A stretch of 64,000 nt of DNA from Chlorobiota bacterium. GTDB taxonomy: Bacteria > Bacteroidota > Ignavibacteria > OLB7. The DNA is taken from the NCBI GenBank assembly GCA_016710285.1, contig JADJXR010000001.1, positions 3,573,232-3,637,231 of the forward strand, written 5' to 3'. The notes beneath the pieces are model-generated. The model had not been told where the DNA came from, did not search any database, and was given only the letters and a program-made list of their open reading frames with translations. Below are positions 1 through 10,821 of the stretch, one piece after another. The position numbers and the translations under genes are program-made. Position 1 is the first letter of the stretch; the number at the start of each line of letters is the position of its first letter.

Positions 1-12
1 GCTTCGCGGCCA

Positions 13-645
13 TTGCTGGTTAATATCCTGCTGATGGTTGCTGGCCTTCCGCTGGGAATCTGGGGGGCTATCCAGCTTTCGGGAATGTTGGTCGGCGGCG
101 ATGGCGTGGTGGCAACGCTGCTCCGAACCTTCCTGCAAATTCTGGCCGCTGCCGTCGGCGTGTTCCTCTCCTTCTTCCTTCTGCTTCTGCTTGGCAGCGC
201 GATTGCCGGGCCGCTGAACTCCAAACTCTCCCTTGCTGTGGAGCAAAAAATCCGTGGCACGCAGGTTTCTGCTGGCGATACCTCCATCGTGCAAGATGTT
301 GCCCGCAGCGTGGCGTTTGCGTTTGGGCGGCTGCTGATGTTTGTCCTTTGCTACCCGCCAATCTTCCTTACTCAGTTTATTCCTGGCTTGGGGTTCATTC
401 TCTTCCCGGTGTTGTCGCTGCTGTACGGGGCGGTTGTCCTTTCGCTTGATTTCAGCGATTATGTGTTTGAACGCCACTACGCCACCTTCCGCCAAAAACT
501 TCGGCACGTGTGGGCGCGCAAGTCGCTGTACCTGGGGTTTGGTGGCGGGCTGGCGTTGCTGATGCTGGTCCCTTTTGCGGGCTTTGTGCTGTTACCCCTT
601 GGGGTGGTTGGCGCAACAATGCTCCACGCCGAAGAAACGTCATAA
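13..645 (+). CDS. EI24/CysZ-family inner-membrane protein (possibly 5'-truncated by the window edge)
   Basis: Multi-TM hydrophobic protein with the family motifs LNSKLSLAVEQKIRG and YPPIFLTQFIPGLGFILFPV...VVGATMLH. The ORF starts 12 nt from the window start. Confidence 0.55.
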   Translation: MLVNILLMVAGLPLGIWGAIQLSGMLVGGDGVVATLLRTFLQILAAAVGVFLSFFLLLLLGSAIAGPLNSKLSLAVEQKIRGTQVSAGDTSIVQDVARSVAFAFGRLLMFVLCYPPIFLTQFIPGLGFILFPVLSLLYGAVVLSLDFSDYVFERHYATFRQKLRHVWARKSLYLGFGGGLALLMLVPFAGFVLLPLGVVGATMLHAEETS

Positions 646-828
646 GCCCAACCCGAACCCGAAGCAAGCAACCCACCGTGTGGTTGCCGGTTGTTCCCAC
701 CATCGGTTCTCCCTCTTACAGTCTGTGCGTTGTTGGAGCAACCGCCCTTCGGTATATTCGCCGTCTATCACGTTCATGGCAGCGCACAGCTGCCCATTTC
801 AACAGGCAGAGATGCCGGGTATTGAACC

Positions 829-3800
829 ATGCTAAAGCTGTTAGAAAAAATCTTCGGTGCCAAGCGCGACAAGGATGTCCAAGCACTGTACCCGATTGTT
901 GACGAGATCAATGAAATCTTCGAGGAGCTGCAATCGCTTAGCGATGAAGAGCTTCGCGGCAAAACCGACGAGTTCCGCGCCTTGATCCGTGAGCGGATTC
1001 AGGCCGACGAGGAGTCGCTTGCTGAAAAACAAGCGCGATTGAAAGAAGACATCTCCGCCAACGAACGGGACCGCTTGTACGAGGAGATTGCCGACCTTGA
1101 AGCCAATATCTACGCCACCACCCAGGACACCCTGAACGAAATCCTCCCAGAGGCGTTCGCCGTGGTGAAGGAAGCCTGCCGCCGCCATGTTGGCAAGCAG
1201 TGGGAAGCCGGTGGGGCAATGGTTACGTGGGAGATGGTGCACTACGACGTGCAGCTGATTGGCGGCATCGTGCTCCACCAGGGGAAAATTTCCGAAATGG
1301 CCACCGGCGAAGGGAAGACCCTTGTTGGCACGCTCCCCACCTACCTGAACGCGCTTCCTGGGCGCGGGGTTCACATCATCACCGTCAACGATTACCTTGC
1401 CCGCCGCGACAGCGAGTGGATGGGGCCAATCTATAAATCGCTTGGGCTTACTGTTGGCTGCATTCAATCGAACCAGCCGCCGCACACGCGCAAGCCGCAG
1501 TATGAGTGCGACATCACCTTTGGCACCAACAACGAGTTCGGCTTCGATTACCTGCGCGACAACATGGCGCAACGTTCGGAGGAGGTGGTCCAACGCCCCC
1601 ACAACTTTGCCATTGTTGACGAGGTTGACTCCGTCCTGATTGACGAAGCCCGAACCCCGCTTATCATCAGCGGCCCGGTCCCCGACAGCGACGACCAGTC
1701 GTTTGACTTAATGAAGCCACGGGTTGAGCGGTTGGTGCAATTGCAGCTTCGCGAGGTGAACAAGATGCTGGCCGAAGCCGATGCAATCTTGGAATCTGGC
1801 GACCAGAAAACCCGTGCGCAAGCCGGAATCCACCTTCTGCGCGCCCACCGCGGAATGCCCAAAAACAACAAGCTGATGAAGCTGCTGCAGGAAGGGAGCA
1901 ACAAGCGGTTGTTGGAGGAAACCGAGCTTGAGTATCTGCGCGACAAAGGGACGCGGATGCACGAGATTGACGACGAGCTGTTCTACTCCATTGACGAGAA
2001 AAACCACACGATTGACCTTTCCGAAAAAGGTCGCCACTCCATTGCCAGCGCGGGGGAGGACCCAGATATCTTCCTGATCCCCGACCTTGCTTCCGAACTG
2101 AGCAGCATTGATGGCGGCGACGACGCTGCCGAGGTGAAACTGACCCGCCGCGAAGAGGCCATGCGCCGCTTTGCCGAACGGAGCGACCGTATCCACACCG
2201 TCACGCAGTTGCTGCGTGCCTACTCGCTCTATGAACGGGACGTGGAGTATGTGGTGGATGAAGGAAAGATCAAGATTGTTGACACGTTCACCGGACGCAT
2301 TCTGGAGGGCCGGCGGTACAGCGAAGGGTTGCACCAAGCGATCGAGGCCAAAGAATCGGTGAAGGTGGAGGAGGACACCCAGACCTTTGCCACCGTCACC
2401 ATCCAGAACTACTTCCGCCTGTACAAAAAACTGGCCGGCATGACCGGAACCGCCGAGACGGAGGAAGGGGAGTTCTCGCAGATCTACAAGCTGGACGTGG
2501 TGGTGATCCCCACCAACCGCCCGATTGCCCGCAACGACATGAACGACTTGATCTACCGGACCAAGCGTGCCAAATACAACGCCGTGATGCAGGAGATTGA
2601 GAAGATGCGCCAGATTGGCCGCCCGGTTCTGGTGGGAACAACCAGCGTGGAGGTCAGCGAGACGATTAGCCGGATGTTGCAGCGGGCCAAAATCCCCCAC
2701 AACGTCCTGAACGCCAAGCAGCACCAGCGCGAAGCCGAAGTGGTGGCCAATGCCGGCCTGAAAGGTGCCGTCACCATTGCCACGAACATGGCCGGACGCG
2801 GAACCGACATCAAACTTGGACCCGGGGTGAAAGAGCTTGGCGGGCTGCATATCCTGGGCACCGAACGCCACGAGTCGCGCCGCATTGACCGCCAGCTTCG
2901 CGGGCGCGCCGGACGCCAGGGACCCGGGGTCCTCGCAGTTCTACATCTCCCTGGAAGACAATCTGATGCGCCTGTTCGGTGGCGACCGCATCACCCGCTG
3001 GATGGAGAAAGTCAGCAGTGCCGATGACGTGTTGGAGGCCCCAATGCTGACCAAAGCGGTGGAACGGGCCCAGAAAAAAGTGGAGGAGAACAACTTCGCA
3101 ATCCGCAAACGCCTGCTGGAATACGACGACGTGATGAACCAGCAGCGCGAGGTGATCTACGACCGCCGCCGCCACGCACTGCACGGCGAACGCCTGAAAA
3201 GTGAGGTGTTCGACTACGTGGAAGAATGGGTCGGGACGTTGATTGAGGCCCACTTCCCCGATGGAATGGACCTTCTGCGAAACGAAATCCGCGTGCGGAT
3301 GCTGATAGATATCGAGGTCTCGCCCGAACGTGCCCAGGAGCTGGGGAAAGCCTCCTTGCAGGAAAAAATTATGGAGGCGGCAATGGACACCTACAGCCGC
3401 AAAGAGCAACGCCTAAGCAGCGAATTCATGGCGCAGCTTGAGCGGTTCGCGATGCTGCACGTGATTGACGACAAATGGCGCGAACACCTTCGGGCAATGG
3501 ACGAACTGAAAGAGGGTATCCACCTTCGCTCCTTCAGCCAGCGGGATCCGTTGGTGGAGTACAAGAAGGAAGCGTACGGCCTGTTCACGCAGTTGATTTC
3601 CGACATCAATCTGGAGGTTATCAACCTGGTGTTCCGCTACGAGCCGGAGCTTCGGATGCGCCAGCCCGAGCCGCAACGCCGCCGCCCGGTGGCCACCACA
3701 AGCGATGGAATGCCACGCCAGCGGGGGAGCAACGTCTCGGCCAGCCGTCCCCTTAACTACACCCACCGCAATGCCACCGGAATGGGAATGGCCGCAACCA

Positions 3801-3991
3801 CTGCCGAAGAGATGGAGGCCGCAGCGGCGGCGGTGGAAGCCGGCGGCGAAGAACCAGCACCACGCGGCGGCGGCGAATCGCAGCAGCCAGCAATCCAGAC
3901 GATGATGCGGGAGCAGCCCAAGATTGGCCGCAACGACCCTTGCTTCTGCGGCAGTGGGAAGAAATACAAGCATTGCCACGGGCGCTCCTGA
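829..3991 (+). CDS. secA: Preprotein translocase ATPase SecA, interrupted by an apparent -1 frameshift near 2926
   Basis: The N-terminal 732-aa ORF (829..3027) carries the DEAD motor and preprotein cross-linking domains ([10 protein letters not shown]..., [22 protein letters not shown]). The C-terminal ORF (2837..3991, other frame) continues [20 protein letters not shown] and ends in the Zn-finger [13 protein letters not shown]. The frames meet in the run cagggacccggggtcc. Confidence 0.9.
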
Positions 3992-4089
3992 TTGCTGCAA
4001 TCACATCGGCCCCGCACGCCGTTCGCTGCGGGGCCGGTGCACATCTCTTGCTTGTCACGACTCTCTCTCTCTCTCCTTCCAACAGATCA

Positions 4090-4608
4090 ATGTTCCAACC
4101 GCTCCGCCTTCTTCTGCTTGTTTTTCCATTGCTCCTTCTTTCGGTCCAGCACCGGGCCGCTGCGCAAGGTGGCGGGGGGCAGCCTGGTGGCGCGTTTGGC
4201 AGCGTTTATGATTTCACCGCCGGAGCTGGTTTCTCGATGGAGGTGAACATCTGGGGTGCGGTTGCGCGTCCCGGGCGGTACAAGGTTCCTTCATCCACCA
4301 CGCTTCTGCAACTGATCTCCTACGCCGGCGGTCCGGCTGCCGGACAAGCTGGCCCCAAGCCCAAACTTGATGAAGTTCGCGTTGTTCACGACCTGACGGT
4401 GGACAGCACCGTCAGCAAGCCGATTGAGGTGTATGATCTGGTGAAATACCAGCAAACCGCCGACACCACGCTGAACCCGAAGCTCTATCCAAACGACACC
4501 GTCATCATTCCCGAACAAGACGACACCTTCAATGAGGTGTTGGCGGTTATTCGGGATGTTGGGCTGGTGTTGGTCTCCATTCTTACCATCTACAACGGGG
4601 TCAAATAA
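4090..4608 (+). CDS. Periplasmic polysaccharide-export (Wza-like SLBB domain) protein
   Basis: Signal peptide MFQPLRLLLLVFPLLLL. SLBB-like segment VNIWGAVARPGRYKVPSSTTLLQLISYAGGP. Confidence 0.5.
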   Translation: MFQPLRLLLLVFPLLLLSVQHRAAAQGGGGQPGGAFGSVYDFTAGAGFSMEVNIWGAVARPGRYKVPSSTTLLQLISYAGGPAAGQAGPKPKLDEVRVVHDLTVDSTVSKPIEVYDLVKYQQTADTTLNPKLYPNDTVIIPEQDDTFNEVLAVIRDVGLVLVSILTIYNGVK

Positions 4609-4612
4609 CTCC

Positions 4613-5918
4613 ATGAAAATCTTCTTCAGCCGATTTGGCTTCGCTGCAATTTCCCTTTCCCTCAGCTTCGTGCTTCTTCTTGCCGGTTGTGGCGGCGGCG
4701 ACTCCCCCCAGGATGGCCGCTCGAAAGAAGGGAAAACCGTCCTGAAGTTCTGGCACTTCTGGTCCGAACCAACCCAGAAAGCCGCCTTGATGGAACGGGT
4801 GAAAGCGTTCGAGGCCGAAAACCCTGACCTGTACGTCGAGCTTTCGGAGCTTAGCTGGAACGACGGCCAAACAAAGCTGCAACTGGCCTTCAACTCCGGC
4901 ACCGCGCCCGATGTGTTGGAGCTTGGAAGCGATTGGGTGGCGCAGTTCAGCAGTGCCGGCGTGCTGGCCAACCAGAAAGGAATGGCGGGGGATAACGAGT
5001 CCCGCTTCTCGGCAGAAGTTCTTGCGCCCGGGCAGTGGAACGGCGGCGCGTATGCCTGGCCCTGGGTGGTGGATTCGCGGGTGCTCTATTTCAACAAAGC
5101 ACTTCTTGCCTCGGTTGGTGCCGACACCACCAAGCCGGACACGCTTTGGAGTGATGTTCTGGCAAAGGCCGAGCAGATCAAAGCCAAGCATCCCGATGCG
5201 TATGGCTTCGGCGCGAACGGTCCCGATCGCCACCGGCTGTATAAAAAAATCGTCCCGTTCTTCTGGTCCAACGGCGGCCAAGTGGTGGGGGCCAACGGCA
5301 CGCCAGCCATGAACTCACCGCAAAATATCCAAGCGTTGGAGGCGTATCTGGAGCTTGCCCGCACCGGCTTGATTGAAACCCAGAAGGCGCTGGATCAGCA
5401 GTTTGTAGGGGAAGGTGGGCTTCTGGATTTCCGGCCCTTGGCTTGCCGATCGCATCCGCAAGGACAACCCGGGGTTGCAGTTCGGGTTGCAGGTGATGCC
5501 CGGGTTTGCGGGCCAGCGTGCGGTGTCGTTTGGCGGGGGGGAATATCTGGCAATCAACAACGCATCGAAGCAGAAGGATGCCGCAAAAAAACTGGTGACG
5601 TTCCTGACATCGGCCAAGCAGGCGTTGGAGTTCTGCAAGGCGCTTCCCGGTGGGATGACCCCGGCAGATCTGTCGGTGGCTGGTGATCCGTTTTTGCAAA
5701 GTGAGATTCGCAAACATTTCACTGCCCAGATGAAGAATGCGCGGTTCACCCCGGTCCATCCAAAATGGTTGGATATGGAGGCAATCATCGAGGAGGAAGT
5801 CTCCCAAGCAATTCTTGGAAACAAGGAAGCCGCCCAAGCCCTGAACGATGCACAGTATCGCCTAACCCAGCTTGCCACCGGCGAAGCCACGAACGCAGCG
5901 GAAACTGCCGGGCATTAA
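4613..5918 (+). CDS. ABC transporter extracellular solute-binding protein (family 1, sugar type) lipoprotein, with an apparent +1 frameshift near 5407-5410
   Basis: Lipobox LLLAGCGGG. The SBP-1 N-half is in frame with 4613. The C-half (GKVGFWISGPWLADRIRKDNPGLQFGL...) is in ORF 5415..5918, another frame. The junction lies in the run gtagggg. Confidence 0.7.
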
Positions 5919-5979
5919 CGCAACGCAGCGGGTCGGGCCCAGAACTGCAAAACCTTACGCACGCAACCCATACTTTTTA

Positions 5980-7125
5980 ATGAAACATCACGGCTTTTCA
6001 ACACGCGCTATCCATGCCGGGCAGCCGCCGGAGGAAGTTACCGGGGCGGTGAACGTCCCCATCTTCCAAACCTCCACCTACGCCCAGCAGGGGATTGGCG
6101 ACCACAAGGGGTTCGAGTACGCACGCACCCACCACCCAACCCGGTTCGCGCTGGAGCAATGCCTTGCCGAGCTTGAAGGGGGAATCCACGGCTTTGCGTT
6201 CAGCAGCGGACTGGCGGCGATTGACGCGGTGATGCGGCTGCTGGCCCCGGGCGATCACGTGGTTGCCGGGGATGATATGTATGGCGGAACCTTCCGCTTG
6301 TTCGATACCGTGCTGAAGCCGTTGGGCTACCAGTTCACCTTCGTTGATTTTCGCGACGTTCAGGCCGTGCGCGGCGCAATCACCCCGGCAACGCGGATGA
6401 TCTACGCCGAGACCCCCACCAACCCGATGATGCGCCTGTGCGACCTTCAAGCGATTGGGGAAATTGCACGCGCCGCCAACGCCATGATGGTGGTGGATAA
6501 CACCTTTATGACCCCGTACCTGCAAACCCCGCTGCTGCTTGGTGCAAGCGTGGTGCTTCACTCCACCACGAAATATCTTGGCGGCCATAGCGATCTGATT
6601 GGCGGCGCGGCGGTAACGTCCGATCCCGCCATTGCCCAACGGCTGAAGTTCCTGCAAAACGCGTGCGGCGCGGTCCCGGGGCCAATGGATTGCTACCTCA
6701 CGTTGCGCTCGCTGAAAACCCTTGCCGTCAGGATGGACCGCCATTGCGCCAACGCCCAGAAGGTGGCCGAATATCTTGCAAGCCACCCCGAGTTTGCGGC
6801 GGTTCACTACCCCGGCCTTCCCGATTTTCCGCAGCACGACCTTGCCCAGCGGCAGATGCGCGGGTTTGGCGGAATGATCTCCGCCGATCTTGGCTCGTTG
6901 GAAAAAGCCCGTTCCTTCTGCGCTGCGGTTCGCGTCTTCACCTTCGCGGAATCGCTGGGCGGGGTCGAATCGCTTCTGTGCCACCCGGTCTCGATGACCC
7001 ACGGCTCCGTCCCCCCGGAAACCCGCCAACGCCTGGGCATCACCGATGGCCTTGTCCGCTTCTCCGTTGGGATTGAAGATGCCGAGGACCTTATCGCCGA
7101 CATCCAACAAGCAATGGAAGCATAA
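5980..7125 (+). CDS. Cystathionine gamma-synthase / gamma-lyase / beta-lyase family PLP-dependent enzyme
   Basis: Cys/Met-metabolism PLP fold: AIHAGQ..., TTKYLGGHSDLIGG, and the usual C-terminal tail. The start is taken at MKHHGFSTR. Confidence 0.8.
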   Translation: MKHHGFSTRAIHAGQPPEEVTGAVNVPIFQTSTYAQQGIGDHKGFEYARTHHPTRFALEQCLAELEGGIHGFAFSSGLAAIDAVMRLLAPGDHVVAGDDMYGGTFRLFDTVLKPLGYQFTFVDFRDVQAVRGAITPATRMIYAETPTNPMMRLCDLQAIGEIARAANAMMVVDNTFMTPYLQTPLLLGASVVLHSTTKYLGGHSDLIGGAAVTSDPAIAQRLKFLQNACGAVPGPMDCYLTLRSLKTLAVRMDRHCANAQKVAEYLASHPEFAAVHYPGLPDFPQHDLAQRQMRGFGGMISADLGSLEKARSFCAAVRVFTFAESLGGVESLLCHPVSMTHGSVPPETRQRLGITDGLVRFSVGIEDAEDLIADIQQAMEA

Positions 7126-7236
7126 AGGGGAGAAAGGGGGGAACAGCGTTTGGGGGGGCAGGCTACATGATGAATGAAAAAAAACGGAGGGGCACGCTTG
7201 GCGGCCGTACCGTTGCAACGGACCTGTATCTACTCA

Positions 7237-7980
7237 ATGTTCAAACACGCAATAATTGTTGGCGCATCGGCGGGAATTGGGGCCGCGATTGCGCGCCAGC
7301 TTGGGCGCGAAGGGTGCGCCGTTGCCCTGGTGGCGCGGCGCGGCGATGCGGTTAAGGCGATTGCCGCCCAGATCAACGCAGAAGCAAAGCAACCCCTTGC
7401 CCGGGCCTATCAACACGACGTGTTGGATGTTGGCCAGGCCGAGGGATTGTTCCAGGAGATCACCCGCGACATCGGCGGATTGGACCTTATCATCTTTGCC
7501 GCAGGGGCAATGCCGGCGGTCGCGCCGGATGAGTACAACATCGAGAAGGACGCGCTGATTTTGGATGTGAACGTTCGCGGCGCGTTTGCGTGGCTGAACG
7601 AAGCTGCGCGGCGGTTCCAGCGGGTGGGGCGGGGGACCATTGTTGGCATCTCCTCGATTGCTGGGGACCGCGGGCGGCGCGGCAATCCCGCCTACTGCAC
7701 CAGCAAAGCCGCGTTGAACACGTACTTGGAATCGCTTCGCAATCGGGTGGCGCGGTTTGGGGTGAAGGTGGTGGTGGCCAAGCCAGGGTTTGTGGATACC
7801 GACATGACGAAAGGGATGCCAGGGCTGTTCTGGTTGATCTCGGCCGAGCGGGCAGCGGAGCTTATCCTGAAGGCCGCCAAGCGTGGGAAGAAAACCGCCT
7901 ACATCCCGGCGCGGTGGCGATTTGTTGGGACGGTGATTCGCTTCTTCCCATCGTTCATCTTCCGGCGGTTGAATATCTGA
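7237..7980 (+). CDS. Short-chain dehydrogenase/reductase (SDR) family oxidoreductase
   Basis: Glycine-rich IVGASAGIGAAIA, catalytic Y-x3-K (YCTSKAAL) and the NAG-like motif. Confidence 0.8.
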   Translation: MFKHAIIVGASAGIGAAIARQLGREGCAVALVARRGDAVKAIAAQINAEAKQPLARAYQHDVLDVGQAEGLFQEITRDIGGLDLIIFAAGAMPAVAPDEYNIEKDALILDVNVRGAFAWLNEAARRFQRVGRGTIVGISSIAGDRGRRGNPAYCTSKAALNTYLESLRNRVARFGVKVVVAKPGFVDTDMTKGMPGLFWLISAERAAELILKAAKRGKKTAYIPARWRFVGTVIRFFPSFIFRRLNI

Positions 7981-7990
7981 GCAAGGTCCC

Positions 7991-9481
7991 ATGATGACGT
8001 TACGTGATGAACCAACGCTCCCGTTCCAGAACCTTGAACTTGTTCATGGCTGGGGCTTAAGCACCGATGCCGTGGGCTACGTCTTCCGCCCTTCCACGGT
8101 GGAGGGGATTCGGGAGGTTTTTGAGCTGGCGCAGCGCACCGGGCGGACGATTGCGTTCCGGGGGGCAGGGCGCAGCTACGGCGATGCGGCCTTGAATGCC
8201 GAGAACGTGGTGCTGGACCTTACCCGGTTCTGCCGAATCCTTGAATGGGACCCGCACACAGGGGTGATAAAAATGGAGTCGGGGGTGACGATCCGGCAAC
8301 TGTGGGAGTACGCGCTTCCCGATGGATGGTGGCCCCCAATCGTTCCCGGGACAATGTTCCCAACGCTGGGCGGGTGCGCCAGCATGAACATCCACGGCAA
8401 AAACAACTTTGCGGTTGGCCCAATCGGCGACCATATTCTTGAGTTCGAACTGCTGCTTCCAACCGGCCAGCATCTAACTTGTTCGCGCCAAGAAAACCGC
8501 GACCTTTTCTACGCCGCCATTGGCGGGTTCGGGATGTTGGGCTGCTTCACCAGCATCACCCTGAAACTGAAGAACGTCTATTCCGGCTACTTGAACGTGA
8601 AGGCCATCAACGTCCCAAACCTTGATGCCATGATTCGGGAGCTTGAGCAACGGATGGACGCTGCCGATTACTTAGTTGGGTGGATTGATGGATTGGCAGG
8701 GGGGAAGGGAATTGGGCGAGGGGTGATCCACGAAGCCAACTATCTGAAGCCTGGCCAGGACCCCAACCCCGCCCAGACCTTGCGGATCGAAAACCAACAG
8801 CTCCCCGACACCATTTTTGGATTGCTCCCAAAATCAACGCTTTGGCGGTTCATGCGGCCGTTTGTGAACAACGTTGGGGTTCGGTTCATCAACATGGCAA
8901 AGTTTTATGCAAGCCGGTTGTTGGATCGCGGAAAAATCTTCCAGCAGTCCCATGCTGCGTTCGCTTTTCTGCTGGACTATGTTCCAAACTGGAAGCGATC
9001 CTACGGGCGGGGCGGGCTGATTCAATACCAAAGTTTCATTCCGGAAGCCACTGCTGCCGAGGCTTTTAAAGCCCAGCTGCGGCTGGCGCAGAAGGCAGGG
9101 TATCCGCCATATTTGGCAGTGTTCAAACGCCACCGCCGCGATAATTTCCTGATGACCCACAGCGTTGATGGATACTCCCTGGCGTTGGATTTCAAAATCA
9201 CCAAAAGGAACCGCGCCGCAATTTGGAAACTGGCCTCCCAGCTTGATGAGGTTGTCCTGAAAGCCGGCGGGCGGTTTTACTTCGCGAAGGATAGCACGCT
9301 TCATGCCGCCAGTGCCGAGCAATATCTTGGCCGCGAGGCGGTTGAGCAGTTCATGGCACTGAAACGCCGCTGCGACCCGAACGGGCTGCTGGAAACCAAC
9401 CTTTACCGCCGCCTGTTCCCCGAATCGGAAGCGACGGCGAAACCAGAGGCACAGACCCAAGCCGGAACCGCCCAGCCATGA
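7991..9481 (+). CDS. FAD-binding (PCMH-type) oxidoreductase, DprE1/alditol-oxidase-like
   Basis: FAD_binding_4 region (RPSTVEGIREVFELAQRTGRTIAFRGAGRSYGDAAL) and a long substrate-domain C-half. It sits immediately downstream of the SDR gene. Confidence 0.65.
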   Translation: MMTLRDEPTLPFQNLELVHGWGLSTDAVGYVFRPSTVEGIREVFELAQRTGRTIAFRGAGRSYGDAALNAENVVLDLTRFCRILEWDPHTGVIKMESGVTIRQLWEYALPDGWWPPIVPGTMFPTLGGCASMNIHGKNNFAVGPIGDHILEFELLLPTGQHLTCSRQENRDLFYAAIGGFGMLGCFTSITLKLKNVYSGYLNVKAINVPNLDAMIRELEQRMDAADYLVGWIDGLAGGKGIGRGVIHEANYLKPGQDPNPAQTLRIENQQLPDTIFGLLPKSTLWRFMRPFVNNVGVRFINMAKFYASRLLDRGKIFQQSHAAFAFLLDYVPNWKRSYGRGGLIQYQSFIPEATAAEAFKAQLRLAQKAGYPPYLAVFKRHRRDNFLMTHSVDGYSLALDFKITKRNRAAIWKLASQLDEVVLKAGGRFYFAKDSTLHAASAEQYLGREAVEQFMALKRRCDPNGLLETNLYRRLFPESEATAKPEAQTQAGTAQP

Positions 9482-9888
9482 AGGTGATCCCCACATTGCT
9501 TGGCACAGCGTTGCTGCTTCTGCTGCTGGCAACCAGCGGCTGCGATACCGATAACTGCGTTGACGTGGAGTGCGCCCCCACGCCGCCACCATTAACCGTT
9601 CTGGTGAAGGACTCGGCCACCTCCACCCGTTTCGTCACCGATGCGGAGGTGACGTTGTGGCGCGTGAGCGGAGCCGACACCGTGGCATTGGACACCTTGC
9701 TGCTCAGCGATTCCAGCTACGTGCTGAACGATGCTTCCGGGGTGCCGAATGCTCCATTATTGGTTCGCGCCATGCGTGGCCAGCGTTGCGGAAAGCAAAG
9801 CGGGCTTCAGCTGAGAATGGTGGAAGGGTGCTGCGGCTATCCGATTGTGGGAAGGGTTACGGTGGTGCTGGTGGATTCGTGTGGGTGA
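9478..9888 (+). CDS. Hypothetical lipoprotein
   Basis: Signal peptide plus lipobox LLLLATSGC. ATGA overlap with the upstream stop. No recognisable domain. Confidence 0.35.
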   Translation: MKVIPTLLGTALLLLLLATSGCDTDNCVDVECAPTPPPLTVLVKDSATSTRFVTDAEVTLWRVSGADTVALDTLLLSDSSYVLNDASGVPNAPLLVRAMRGQRCGKQSGLQLRMVEGCCGYPIVGRVTVVLVDSCG

Positions 9889-9971
9889 GACGAAAATCTT
9901 TTCTGGAAGAAACACCAACGCCGATGCAGCATCCTGCATCGGCGTTGTGTTCTGGATGGTGAACCAGCGCG

Positions 9972-10733
9972 TTACTTCGAGTTCAACGTCCAATCGTATT
10001 CCAGCGACACGATCTTTGTTTGGGGGTTTGCCGTCAGCCCGGCTTTCATTTCGGCGGTGCCGTATTTCTTCACGAACTCCTTCAATCCTGCTTCCCCACC
10101 AAAATCCCCGCGGTACCACTCAAAAATTTTGGATAGGCTTAGCGTGCTCGTTGCTGCGTTGTAGCTGTTCTGCTTTCCGGCCAAGTAGGCTTTTGCGTTG
10201 CTGGCAAGAAGCGATTTCACATTCTTCCCGGTGTAGGCTTTGTTGATAATCGGCGGGCAGCTTCGGGCGGCGCAGACCAATCCAAAGTGGATCAGCGGCT
10301 CCTTGAAATTCTTCCGAATGATGTCGTTCTCAATCTGGTTCAGCGTTAGCGAGCGCCCGGCGATCTTGAATTTTTTGGCATCGAAGAAGCCTTTCACATC
10401 GGTCGGCTTCCGCATCCCTGGATTGTCCAGCACGTTCTTGATTGTTGAGGCGTTGTAGGCGTTAATCCAGAATGCAAGCTGTTCGTTGCTGGTAAGGCCC
10501 ATCGGTTCGGCCGTTTGCAATGCGGATAAATAGGCGGCGAACGCCGCGTTCCCTTTGAACTTCCCGTAATCAACTTTCCCCCCCGATACCGCTTGGCTTA
10601 GCAGGGTGTTGAATGCTGAATGGTCGAATGTTCCCCCCCCCGCAATCGCTACGCCGACGGTAGCAACGGTGAACAGGTGGAGCAGAAGAACAACCTGTTG
10701 TAGGCGTGTCGGCTTGGTTCGTAAACTGGTCAT
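9972..10733 (-). CDS. DUF547 domain-containing secreted protein
   Basis: N-terminal signal sequence and the DUF547 core (LAFWINAYNASTIKNVL...HFGLVCAARSCPPI). Confidence 0.6.
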   Translation of the reverse strand: MTSLRTKPTRLQQVVLLLHLFTVATVGVAIAGGGTFDHSAFNTLLSQAVSGGKVDYGKFKGNAAFAAYLSALQTAEPMGLTSNEQLAFWINAYNASTIKNVLDNPGMRKPTDVKGFFDAKKFKIAGRSLTLNQIENDIIRKNFKEPLIHFGLVCAARSCPPIINKAYTGKNVKSLLASNAKAYLAGKQNSYNAATSTLSLSKIFEWYRGDFGGEAGLKEFVKKYGTAEMKAGLTANPQTKIVSLEYDWTLNSK

Positions 10734-10821
10734 GGCCTTATCGTTATATTGGCTGTTGATGATGCGCGGTTGCTGCGTCGTCCAAATCGTGGTTCAAGTT
10801 TAGCCAGAAGATCCTTACGCT

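Noticed and set aside
841-3409. Long antisense ORFs opposite secA (841..1602, 1708..2871, 2810..3409) and similar antisense ORFs opposite other conserved genes
   Set aside because: High-GC DNA yields long spurious antisense ORFs. Their translations are Arg/Gly/Ala-rich with no domain, and the sense strand encodes clearly conserved proteins.
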